This document shows, in pieces, positions 28,977-36,555 of a DNA stretch of 41,347 bases. How positions within the stretch are numbered: the first letter of the stretch is position 1; each line of letters opens with the position of its first letter. The stretch lies in the IMG/VR virus record IMGVR_UViG_3300025889_000082, positions 1 to 41,347 of that record; one strand, 5' to 3'. The position numbers and the translations under genes were made by a program. The notes beneath the pieces were generated by a model. It did not search any database. It saw nothing but the letters and a program-made list of their open reading frames with translations, and had not been told where the DNA came from. Source of the DNA: a virus. Lineage: Duplodnaviria > Heunggongvirae > Uroviricota > Caudoviricetes.

Positions 28977-28981
28977 ATACC

Positions 28982-29278
28982 ATGAGAGAAAATTCTAGTA
29001 TCCAAGCCTTCAAGGTGTGGGTGTTCCCTAGCCTAGTATCAATCATCAGCCTTTTAATATGGAATGATGTAAATGAAATCAAGTCTGATGTCAAAGCCCT
29101 AATGGCCCAGTCTAATATAGACAAGACACGTATTGATAACCTTGAAAGACAGGTATACAAAACAACTGCTTCCTATCCTACTATTCCCCCTGTGACACCA
29201 GTGGTAATGGAAACTGTAGGGGTTCTTCCTGAACAATTAACACTTAAACAGAAAAAGTATGAAAAAGTTCTTCTCTGA
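28982..29278 (+). CDS. Putative holin/antiholin-like membrane protein
   Basis: One N-terminal TM helix plus a coiled-coil; first gene of the lysis cassette. Confidence 0.5.
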   Translation: MRENSSIQAFKVWVFPSLVSIISLLIWNDVNEIKSDVKALMAQSNIDKTRIDNLERQVYKTTASYPTIPPVTPVVMETVGVLPEQLTLKQKKYEKVLL

Positions 29279-29501
29279 TCTATTTAATGACAGTAATTCA
29301 ATTAATGAGAAAGCTGTAATTGGATTTGCAGCATTTGTTATGATGGTGGTGTTTGCTGTAGCAGATATTGTTACAGGGGCTATGAATAAACCACTCTTAG
29401 TTAATGAGTTCATATTTGACTCATTCAAGGTGTTAACTATTGCTTGCTTTGGTATTGCATCTGTTGACAAATGGATAAATAAAACCAAAGGAAATGAATA
29501 A
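29259..29501 (+). CDS. Putative holin (2 TM)
   Basis: 80 aa with two hydrophobic helices and a charged C-terminus, upstream of the endolysin. Confidence 0.6.
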   Translation: MKKFFSDLFNDSNSINEKAVIGFAAFVMMVVFAVADIVTGAMNKPLLVNEFIFDSFKVLTIACFGIASVDKWINKTKGNE

Positions 29502-30090
29502 ACTTCTTACAGGAATAATAGTGGTGCTAGTGTTTTATGTAGCGTTCTCAAAGAATGGCTGCACTCCTAAGCATCAGAAGTCTGATACAACTATTGTACA
29601 TGATACAACCTGGTCTGTACATGATAGTCTTATTTACAGCAAACCTAAACCTGCTAAGATTATACATGACACTATTCCTCCAATCTTCTTAGCTGATACA
29701 AACTATGCACGTCTTAAACAACAGTATGATTCTTTATTAAAAGAATTCTTTGCTCTTAAGATATATGCTGATACAGTGAGACTAGACACTCTTGGATATG
29801 TTTCTATTATAGACTCTGTGCAGAAGAATGGTATATTAGGTAGATCATTCCACACAAACTATAAGATTCCTACAGTGACTGTTACTAAGACTATCACTCA
29901 CTATGCTCCTCCTACATCAGCTCTATTCTTTGGTGGTGGTGTTCAGGGTAACAAGACCATGGGAGTAACAGGTGCTCATATTGGACTTCTTTATAAGTCT
30001 AAGAAAGATAAAATCGTTGGACTCAACGTGGGCTCAACCATAGGTGAACAATTAACCTTTGGCATAAGCTCTTATTGGAAAATTAAATAA
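29494..30090 (+). CDS. Exported/membrane-anchored lysis-cassette protein (candidate spanin-like)
   Basis: N-terminal hydrophobic segment followed by a Cys, short coiled segment, and C-terminal Gly-rich amphipathic beta-strands ending SYWKIK. Confidence 0.5.
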   Translation: MNKLLTGIIVVLVFYVAFSKNGCTPKHQKSDTTIVHDTTWSVHDSLIYSKPKPAKIIHDTIPPIFLADTNYARLKQQYDSLLKEFFALKIYADTVRLDTLGYVSIIDSVQKNGILGRSFHTNYKIPTVTVTKTITHYAPPTSALFFGGGVQGNKTMGVTGAHIGLLYKSKKDKIVGLNVGSTIGEQLTFGISSYWKIK

Positions 30091-30097
30091 AAATAAC

Positions 30098-30277
30098 ATG
30101 AGTATTATATCATTTATTAAATCATTGTTTGCTAAACGTGAAGAACATGTTAAATCTGTTGAACAAATAGACAAACAAATAGAAGAGGCTTTATATAAAG
30201 TTGAACCTGTAGAAGCTAAACCTAAGAAGAAAGCTAAAAAGAAACCTGCAAAAAAGAAAGTAAATGGATCTAAGTAA
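30098..30277 (+). CDS. Small protein (59 aa) with Lys-rich tail, missing from the ORF track
   Basis: Translated by hand: MSIISFIKSLFAKREEHVKS...KPKKKAKKKPAKKKVNGSK. Fills the gap and overlaps the endolysin start. Confidence 0.6.
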   Translation: MSIISFIKSLFAKREEHVKSVEQIDKQIEEALYKVEPVEAKPKKKAKKKPAKKKVNGSK

Positions 30278-30863
30278 GTTAAAAGGACATGTTCCTGATA
30301 AAGTGATAGAACAAATTCCTGGTATACAGGAAAAGTTTGGCATTAATACAGGGCTAAGACTTGCTCATTTCCTAGCACAAGCTGGTCATGAAAGTGGTGG
30401 TTTTAGAATAGTTAATGAAAACCTTAACTATTCAGCTAAAGGATTGCAGGGTATATTCAAAAAGTATTTCCCTTCTGAAGCTGTAGCTTTAGATTATGCT
30501 AAGAAACCACAGAAGATTGCTAATAGGGTGTATTCTGGTAGAATGGGTAATGGTAATGAAGCTAGTGGAGATGGCTATAAATTCAGAGGAAGAGGATATA
30601 TTCAATTGACAGGACGTGATAATTACACAGCATTTGGTAAGTCAATTGGTGTAGCTATAGAAGAGAACCCTGACTTGGTGTCTACACAATATGCACTATC
30701 ATCAGCTGCTTGGTTTTGGAGCAAAAACAATTTGAATAAGATTGCAGATACAGGAGCTACAGATGCTGCTGTTACAATGATTACTAAGAGAGTGAATGGT
30801 GGTACCATTGGCTTGGCTGATAGAATTAAACACTTTAAAGAATTTTATTCACTACTAACATAA
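30264..30863 (+). CDS. Endolysin, glycoside hydrolase family 19
   Basis: RLAHFLAQAGHESGGF, ENLNYS, FRGRGYIQLTGRDNY, ITKRVNGGTIGLADR. Confidence 0.92.
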   Translation: MDLSKLKGHVPDKVIEQIPGIQEKFGINTGLRLAHFLAQAGHESGGFRIVNENLNYSAKGLQGIFKKYFPSEAVALDYAKKPQKIANRVYSGRMGNGNEASGDGYKFRGRGYIQLTGRDNYTAFGKSIGVAIEENPDLVSTQYALSSAAWFWSKNNLNKIADTGATDAAVTMITKRVNGGTIGLADRIKHFKEFYSLLT

Positions 30864-30869
30864 ACCAAC

Positions 30870-30998
30870 ATGGCAAAAGCAAAAAATGCAGGCAGTGCTA
30901 AGAAGATCACTTTTGGAAAACGCAAGGGTGGTAAAGCTGCTAAGACGTCAGGACCTAAAGATAAAGCTGTAAGTAAATACAGAGGACAAGGAAGATGA
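30870..30998 (+). CDS. Small basic protein (42 aa) ending YRGQGR, missing from the ORF track
   Basis: MAKAKNAGSAKKITFGKRKGGKAAKTSGPKDKAVSKYRGQGR; ATGA overlap with the next gene. Confidence 0.6.
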   Translation: MAKAKNAGSAKKITFGKRKGGKAAKTSGPKDKAVSKYRGQGR

Positions 30999-31459
30999 TA
31001 AATTTATTATTGATATTAACATTATGGTTTCAAACACCATCTGTTGCCATTGGTAATATAACAAACAAGGTGAAGATTGGAGCACTTGCTGGTAATCGTA
31101 AACTTGAGTTTGGTGTAAGAAATGTTTTAGAAGAAATCCTACAGGACAAGAGCTATGACATAGACCATAGCTCTGATAGTAGATTAGATATTGACATTAT
31201 ATATTTAGATGTTCTAAAAACACAATCTAGTTTTTCTGTAATGCATTCTAACAAAGAGTCTGTAGTTATTAGACTATATGGAACAATAATTAAAGATGGT
31301 AAAGTTATTAAGAAAGCTCTTGTTGAAGAGTCTGCAGATGAAACAAGTATGTCCACTTTATTGATAGATGAGGGGGGCAAATTTAACCAACAGAATCTAT
31401 CCACAGCTTTGAAGAAAGCATGTAATTCACTGGTTAACAAACTATTAGACACAAAATAA
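30995..31459 (+). CDS. Exported alpha/beta protein (CsgG/LptE/TolB-N-like fold, tentative)
   Basis: Signal-like N-terminus; VAIGNITN...FGVRNVLEEILQ...; C-terminal helix TALKKACNSLV. Confidence 0.45.
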   Translation: MINLLLILTLWFQTPSVAIGNITNKVKIGALAGNRKLEFGVRNVLEEILQDKSYDIDHSSDSRLDIDIIYLDVLKTQSSFSVMHSNKESVVIRLYGTIIKDGKVIKKALVEESADETSMSTLLIDEGGKFNQQNLSTALKKACNSLVNKLLDTK

Positions 31460-33148
31460 ATGAAAAAACTACTATTTTTTGTCACAATTTTTCAAATAAT
31501 TGTGACATTTTCTTATGCACAACTTCCAGAATTAAGGTTAACACCTACAGTTCAAAGCGTCAATTCAAGAGGAACTCAGATAGTTAAGGGAGATACAATT
31601 GTTCTTGACCTTGAGCTTAAACCAAATGGTTCAGCTGTAAGGTCTTTTTACTTAGATTTCCAACATCAGATTACAGCTATCAATTTTATTGATGTTGTAT
31701 TTCCAACATCAAGCTCAGCTCTTCCACAAGGAGCTACTGCTACCTTCCAGAATAACTACTATCCTGGATACACATTCAATAAGAATGCTAACAACACAAC
31801 TACAGATGGTCTTACCAACTTTAACTATGCTAACTATACATATACACAAGGAGGTAACAAAGCCATCAATCGTATATGGATTAACACAGCTTCTGCTACC
31901 AATCTTAGTGATGGAGTTATTGGCAGATTAAGATTTAAGGTGGCTAATATAGATGCAGGTTTTGCATATGACTCAGTGTATTTTAATGCTGCTTATGCAT
32001 ACACAGCAAACTATAACACCCTAAGTAGTGTATACATGCCTAAGCCTACAGGGGCTTGGGTAACACCTATTCCTAGTTCAAATGCTTTGATTAATGGTCA
32101 GGTGGATGTAGGTAAGATTGTTCCTACAATATATATTGTGGACACATTAAGTGGTATTGTCAAAGCACAAGTGACTCCTTCAACTAATGGTACCTTCTTC
32201 TTAGGATCTGAACTATCTCCTAATACATGGTATAGAGCATTTGCTGTAGTGCCTTCAGATAGTTTAGGTAGTTATTTGAATAAAGCCATTACAGTTAGTG
32301 ATTATACAGCAGCACAGAATGAGTTTATCAAACAGGATTTGTTTGGAGGATTTACATTAACCACTATGAAATCAGGAGCTAGTTTCTTAGCTGCTGATGT
32401 AAATAAAAATTACAGATTTGATGGTGGAGATTTAACAGCTTTGTTTGCTCAGGTAAGTTTAGTAGATACAATTATTAGACCTACTGCTGGTCAAACTGTA
32501 TATACAATTCCAATGTTTGCAGCTAGTGAATTTGATACATTGTCTCCTGCTTACTGGCATACAGCTAATCAATATGGTGTATTGTTTAAGACAGGAACTA
32601 CAGCTCAAGATTTAAAACTTAAATACTTAATCCCTGGAGACATTAACAGATCACATAGCTCTCAGGTGGTTCTTCCAGATAACACAATACAAGCATACAG
32701 TGTGAAAGCATCTGCTGTGAACACTACAAGAAAGCCTGGTACAATTGATGTAAGTTTAAACAATCTTACAGTGTTAGGTAATGAATTCACAATTCCTATC
32801 AATGTAGATACAAAAGGAGACACATTATCAGGACTACAGTTTGAATTTGTATATGATCCAGCTAAGGTGAAGTTTGAGTCAATAAAGATAGACATGCCTA
32901 CATGGTTAGTATTTGTTAACAACACTGCTGGAAAGATAAAGTTTGGGGCTGTAGACAGAGAACTAAGAACAGGATACACAGGTGGAACACCATTTAAGTT
33001 AGTGTTCTCTACACTAGAAAATGGATTAAACATCAACTCTGCTATCAAAGTGACAGAAAACATGGATGCTTCTAATATGCAGGGTACTCAGTTAGGTATG
33101 AATCTAAACTCAACAACAATTAAATTAACAGGATATAACAACTTCTAA
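31460..33148 (+). CDS. Secreted protein with cohesin-like domains and a dockerin/EF-hand-like segment
   Basis: Signal peptide; N- and C-terminal beta-sandwiches (LSGLQFEFVYDPAKVKF is cohesin-like); ADVNKNYRFDGGDL and GDINRS are Ca-loop-like. Confidence 0.6.
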   Translation: MKKLLFFVTIFQIIVTFSYAQLPELRLTPTVQSVNSRGTQIVKGDTIVLDLELKPNGSAVRSFYLDFQHQITAINFIDVVFPTSSSALPQGATATFQNNYYPGYTFNKNANNTTTDGLTNFNYANYTYTQGGNKAINRIWINTASATNLSDGVIGRLRFKVANIDAGFAYDSVYFNAAYAYTANYNTLSSVYMPKPTGAWVTPIPSSNALINGQVDVGKIVPTIYIVDTLSGIVKAQVTPSTNGTFFLGSELSPNTWYRAFAVVPSDSLGSYLNKAITVSDYTAAQNEFIKQDLFGGFTLTTMKSGASFLAADVNKNYRFDGGDLTALFAQVSLVDTIIRPTAGQTVYTIPMFAASEFDTLSPAYWHTANQYGVLFKTGTTAQDLKLKYLIPGDINRSHSSQVVLPDNTIQAYSVKASAVNTTRKPGTIDVSLNNLTVLGNEFTIPINVDTKGDTLSGLQFEFVYDPAKVKFESIKIDMPTWLVFVNNTAGKIKFGAVDRELRTGYTGGTPFKLVFSTLENGLNINSAIKVTENMDASNMQGTQLGMNLNSTTIKLTGYNNF

Positions 33149-33519
33149 TGAAAGAATTAAAAGTATTACTAGGAATTTATTTCCTAATCATTATAACAGT
33201 GATTGCTTGTACAAAGGTGGCATCTGTACCAGTAATTGAACTAGGTGAAAAAGCTACAGCTACAAAGATTAATAGTGTATATCCTCCTATCACTACAGGT
33301 AAGGTGGTAGCTAATCTATCAGTGACTCCTGGAGCTAAATATTCAATTCAGTTAACTAATTTAACTGGAGATGTTAAATATGCAACAGGTTTTACAGCTG
33401 ATAAAACATTGGTAACTAAGGATTTAGACTACTCAGATGTTAAATCTGGAGACTATATGATTGTATTAATTGATATAGCTGGTAATGAATATAAACATAA
33501 TATAACTATTAAAAAATAA
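33148..33519 (+). CDS. Lipoprotein consisting of a T9SS C-terminal sorting-domain-like fold
   Basis: Lipobox-like VIAC; VYPP...YSIQLTNLTG...LDYSDVKSGDYMIVL...ITIKK resembles the type A CTD pattern. Confidence 0.5.
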   Translation: MKELKVLLGIYFLIIITVIACTKVASVPVIELGEKATATKINSVYPPITTGKVVANLSVTPGAKYSIQLTNLTGDVKYATGFTADKTLVTKDLDYSDVKSGDYMIVLIDIAGNEYKHNITIKK

Positions 33520-33524
33520 TCAAC

Positions 33525-33827
33525 ATGGCAGAAGAAAAAGAAGAATCAACTGGTACCTCTATCAAGAGCATTATCATTGGTTTAATCAGCACAATCACAC
33601 TAGGTGTGGGTGGTTTTATTACAACTAAGTTAACAGGAGGTGATGAGAAAGAAACTCCAGCTCAACAAGCTGCTCCAGTTATTAACATCCAAAATACCAA
33701 TCAACAGTCTCAAGCTGCAGGTGGTAAAACTGTTATCATCAAGGAGAAAGAAGCTGCAACTAAACCTGCACCTGCTCCTAAGAAGAAAGAAGGGGATGAA
33801 TTTAAAGAAGAAGCTCCAAAGTGGTAA
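33525..33827 (+). CDS. Single-TM membrane protein with low-complexity tail
   Basis: IIIGLISTITLGVGGFIT TM; Ala/Pro/Lys-rich tail. Confidence 0.6.
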   Translation: MAEEKEESTGTSIKSIIIGLISTITLGVGGFITTKLTGGDEKETPAQQAAPVINIQNTNQQSQAAGGKTVIIKEKEAATKPAPAPKKKEGDEFKEEAPKW

Positions 33828-33828
33828 T

Positions 33829-33966
33829 ATGGCACAGAAGAAAAAGAAACCTGTTGCTCAGAGATCTAGAAGATCTGGTATAAAGAAAGCTGAGCTAGTA
33901 AAATCAAACCAAGAAACAATTGCAAACGTATGGACTTATTTAAACACAAACCAGCTGAGAAAGTAG
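33829..33966 (+). CDS. Possible small basic protein (45 aa)
   Basis: ATG 1 nt after the previous stop; MAQKKKKPVAQRSRRSGIKK...; overlaps the next gene by 37 nt. Confidence 0.35.
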   Translation: MAQKKKKPVAQRSRRSGIKKAELVKSNQETIANVWTYLNTNQLRK

Positions 33967-34520
33967 AACAACCTTCAGGGTTCAAAGAATTATTAAATGC
34001 TATGATGCTTAGACGTTGGTATATCACAGCGTTGGTATTAGGATCATTTGTGTTAATCATAGGTGGAATATTTATGGCTCTTAACAATAACATATCTGCT
34101 GCTGCAGAATGGAAAGAGCTGTTGTTATTAATGTTAGGTGCATTCATTGGTAGCTATGGTAAAATCATAGACTACTGGTTCTCTGATACAGACAAGGATA
34201 AGATGTTAGTACAGAAGATGGATGAGGAAGATGGTACTACACTGTCTCACACCAATGATATGAAGGAGTCTAACAAACCTGTAGCTCCATTGATTCCTGA
34301 TGCATTTGTGCAAGGAGCTGTAGCTGCTAGAGAACTTGCTAAAGATGAGCAAGAGCATAGACAAGCTATGGAGATTGATGAACAAGAGCATGAGCAAGAA
34401 ATGGAAAAGCTCAAGCTTGAACATGAGATCAAAGCACATAGACAATGTGATCATGTATATGCTGACGTGGATCATGATGGTGACTATGAATGTATTCACT
34501 GTGGTAAAATCAAAGAATAA
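33930..34520 (+). CDS. 2-TM membrane protein with Glu/His-rich coil and C-terminal Cys/His motif
   Basis: Two hydrophobic helices; EQEHEQE repeats; CDHVY...ECIHCG. Confidence 0.65.
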   Translation: MDLFKHKPAEKVEQPSGFKELLNAMMLRRWYITALVLGSFVLIIGGIFMALNNNISAAAEWKELLLLMLGAFIGSYGKIIDYWFSDTDKDKMLVQKMDEEDGTTLSHTNDMKESNKPVAPLIPDAFVQGAVAARELAKDEQEHRQAMEIDEQEHEQEMEKLKLEHEIKAHRQCDHVYADVDHDGDYECIHCGKIKE

Positions 34521-35239
34521 TGATTAAAATATTATTAGTGTTTGTAACATTTTTATATACAAATTTGTTACAAGCACAATTAGCAAAGACTTCTACAGAG
34601 CAGTATAAAGCTAGCTTTGAGAAGGCTATTGATATTTCAAGCTTTATGGATTATGAAGGACCTCAAATCCCCATCCAAATCCTTAAGTGTGGTATCAATG
34701 ATGAGATGTATGAGATGTACCCTGAGCTGAAAGAGAAACGTGTAGGCTTAGGTGTGGCTAATATATCCATGGAATATTTAGAGAATCTAAACAGATTCAA
34801 GTTTACAGAAGATAAGACTGAAATCAAGAACAGGATGGTGAAGCAGTTCCAAGCTAGTCAAGCTGGAATATCTGAGAACAAACTGGATGGACGTGGCAAG
34901 ATTAACCTTGCTAAGTATTTTGTAACTATTGAATGTTATGATTATAGTATTTCAGAAGATGAGACTATTTCTCTTAAAGAGGGTACAAAGCAACTTATGG
35001 TTACCAGGATTGGTTTACAGGTTAGATTCACTGATGCTGAGACTGGAGTGGTATTTAGTGGTTCTGGGCTTGGTGATGCAAAGACTACTAAAGAAACTGC
35101 TGGTATAACTTCTGATGCTGCTTTAGATCCTGTTAAGTTTAATCAATCTACTATATCAATAGCAACTAAGAAAGCACTAGATATAGCTTGTGCTAGGATA
35201 TTAGATAGGATGGTGAAGAAAGGGATCTTCACAAAATAA
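34520..35239 (+). CDS. CsgG/HfaB-like exported protein
   Basis: Signal peptide; RVGLGVANISMEYLENLNRFKFTE, GLQVRFTDAETGVVFSGSGLG, ATKKALDIA follow the CsgG-family pattern. Confidence 0.65.
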   Translation: MIKILLVFVTFLYTNLLQAQLAKTSTEQYKASFEKAIDISSFMDYEGPQIPIQILKCGINDEMYEMYPELKEKRVGLGVANISMEYLENLNRFKFTEDKTEIKNRMVKQFQASQAGISENKLDGRGKINLAKYFVTIECYDYSISEDETISLKEGTKQLMVTRIGLQVRFTDAETGVVFSGSGLGDAKTTKETAGITSDAALDPVKFNQSTISIATKKALDIACARILDRMVKKGIFTK

Positions 35240-36462
35240 TGAAACAGTTTATTTTTATTCTAATAGCAGTAGTATTACTACCAGTATATGCGTATTCTCA
35301 AACCATTATACAAACTTGGACAGATCCTTGTACAAAAGTTACAAGCGTCTTTAGTATTCCTATTACTGGCTCTACCACTATTATTATTTATAATAAATCT
35401 AAAACTTTTACAGCTAGTGATGTTTATAGTGGGGCTTTTCAAGCCTGGATCAGTCAAGCTTTCGAGGAGTATAAAAAGTTCTCTGCGTGCTCAGTGGCTC
35501 AAGCAACACAAACTGCTACAAATATTACAGCATCTGCTGTCTCGTCAGCTGTAGGTGGAGCTGTTGCATCAGCAGCTAGCTCTGCTGCTTCCTCTGCAGC
35601 AAGTGCTGCAGCTTCTAGTGCAGCTAGTTCTGCTGGTGGAAGTGTAGCTACAGGAGGTGGAGACACAGGTGGGGGTGGATCAACATCCTCTTCTAGTTCA
35701 GAGTCTAGCTCTGGTGGAGGAGGAGGAGAATCAAAATCTGAATCCAAATCAGAAAGTAAATCTGAAAGTAAGGGGGGAGGGGGTAAGTCAGGAGGTAAGG
35801 GGGGAGGTAAAGCTCAAGCTAAGATGAACCCTATACTATTCAACTCTGACTTGACAGCAGGACAGACAATGGATAACTCTATACAGCTTGTAGTGACATC
35901 TGGTATATCACAGTCATCCATGGCTGGTGATGTAAGCTGGGGACTCACAGGAATGGTGTGGAGTAATCTTCAGCAGTTTGCTCTAAGTGGACGCTACACC
36001 AAAATGAACTTTGATGAAGGTAAATTAAGTAGGATAGATAATACTGGTGCTACCATAGTACATGCTTTTGGTAACACTTTTGGTTTCTTAACATATGCAC
36101 AAATATATCCACTAGGAAAATGGGGAGTGACAGGCATAAATGCTACAGTGGCTGTTCAAAAATCAGAACAACAATTCACTACAACTCATTCATTACTAGT
36201 GTTTTATACTAAACCATTTACAATTAACAGAAAACTGACCATATCTCCTGACCTATATATCTCTGGGAGCCCTGTAACTTATGGAATAAAGGATAACACC
36301 TTTGTGATAAGTGAAGATATAATGTTCCTTACAGGCTTCAATATGGACTACTCAATTACAAAAAGATTTAAGTTTAACACTGGTCTTAAGACTAGTCTAA
36401 GCACCAATCCTTCTATACCAATGCTGTTCTTTGCAGTGGTGGGAAGTAAGATAAATTTATAA
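35239..36462 (+). CDS. Exported protein with Ser/Ala/Gly linker and C-terminal outer-membrane beta-barrel-like domain
   Basis: Signal peptide; SAASSAA, GGG and ESKS x4 linker; alternating amphipathic strands ending VVGSKINL. Confidence 0.55.
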   Translation: MKQFIFILIAVVLLPVYAYSQTIIQTWTDPCTKVTSVFSIPITGSTTIIIYNKSKTFTASDVYSGAFQAWISQAFEEYKKFSACSVAQATQTATNITASAVSSAVGGAVASAASSAASSAASAAASSAASSAGGSVATGGGDTGGGGSTSSSSSESSSGGGGGESKSESKSESKSESKGGGGKSGGKGGGKAQAKMNPILFNSDLTAGQTMDNSIQLVVTSGISQSSMAGDVSWGLTGMVWSNLQQFALSGRYTKMNFDEGKLSRIDNTGATIVHAFGNTFGFLTYAQIYPLGKWGVTGINATVAVQKSEQQFTTTHSLLVFYTKPFTINRKLTISPDLYISGSPVTYGIKDNTFVISEDIMFLTGFNMDYSITKRFKFNTGLKTSLSTNPSIPMLFFAVVGSKINL

Positions 36463-36464
36463 CT

Positions 36465-36493
36465 AAAAAAGTTAAAATAGTTATAACTTTTTT
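36465..36493 (+). terminator. AT-rich inverted repeat, possible terminator
   Basis: AAAAAAGTTA (36465-74) and TAACTTTTTT (36484-93) form a 10-bp stem just after a stop codon. Confidence 0.4.
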
Positions 36494-36513
36494 GGTTATT
36501 GTAAATTATTGAT

Positions 36514-36548
36514 ACTCATTGTTAATATTAAAATTCAACATATCTTTG
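36514..36548 (+). promoter_or_regulatory. Putative promoter ACTCATTG-N19-TATCTTTG
   Basis: The -7 element ends 7 nt before the ATG; the upstream octamer is shared with 13586-13593. Confidence 0.55.
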
Positions 36549-36555
36549 TTAGATT

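Noticed and set aside
28900-28981. Known riboswitch or tRNA in the intergenic leaders
   Set aside because: I could not match any riboswitch consensus or cloverleaf by eye; kept only as unassigned hairpins.
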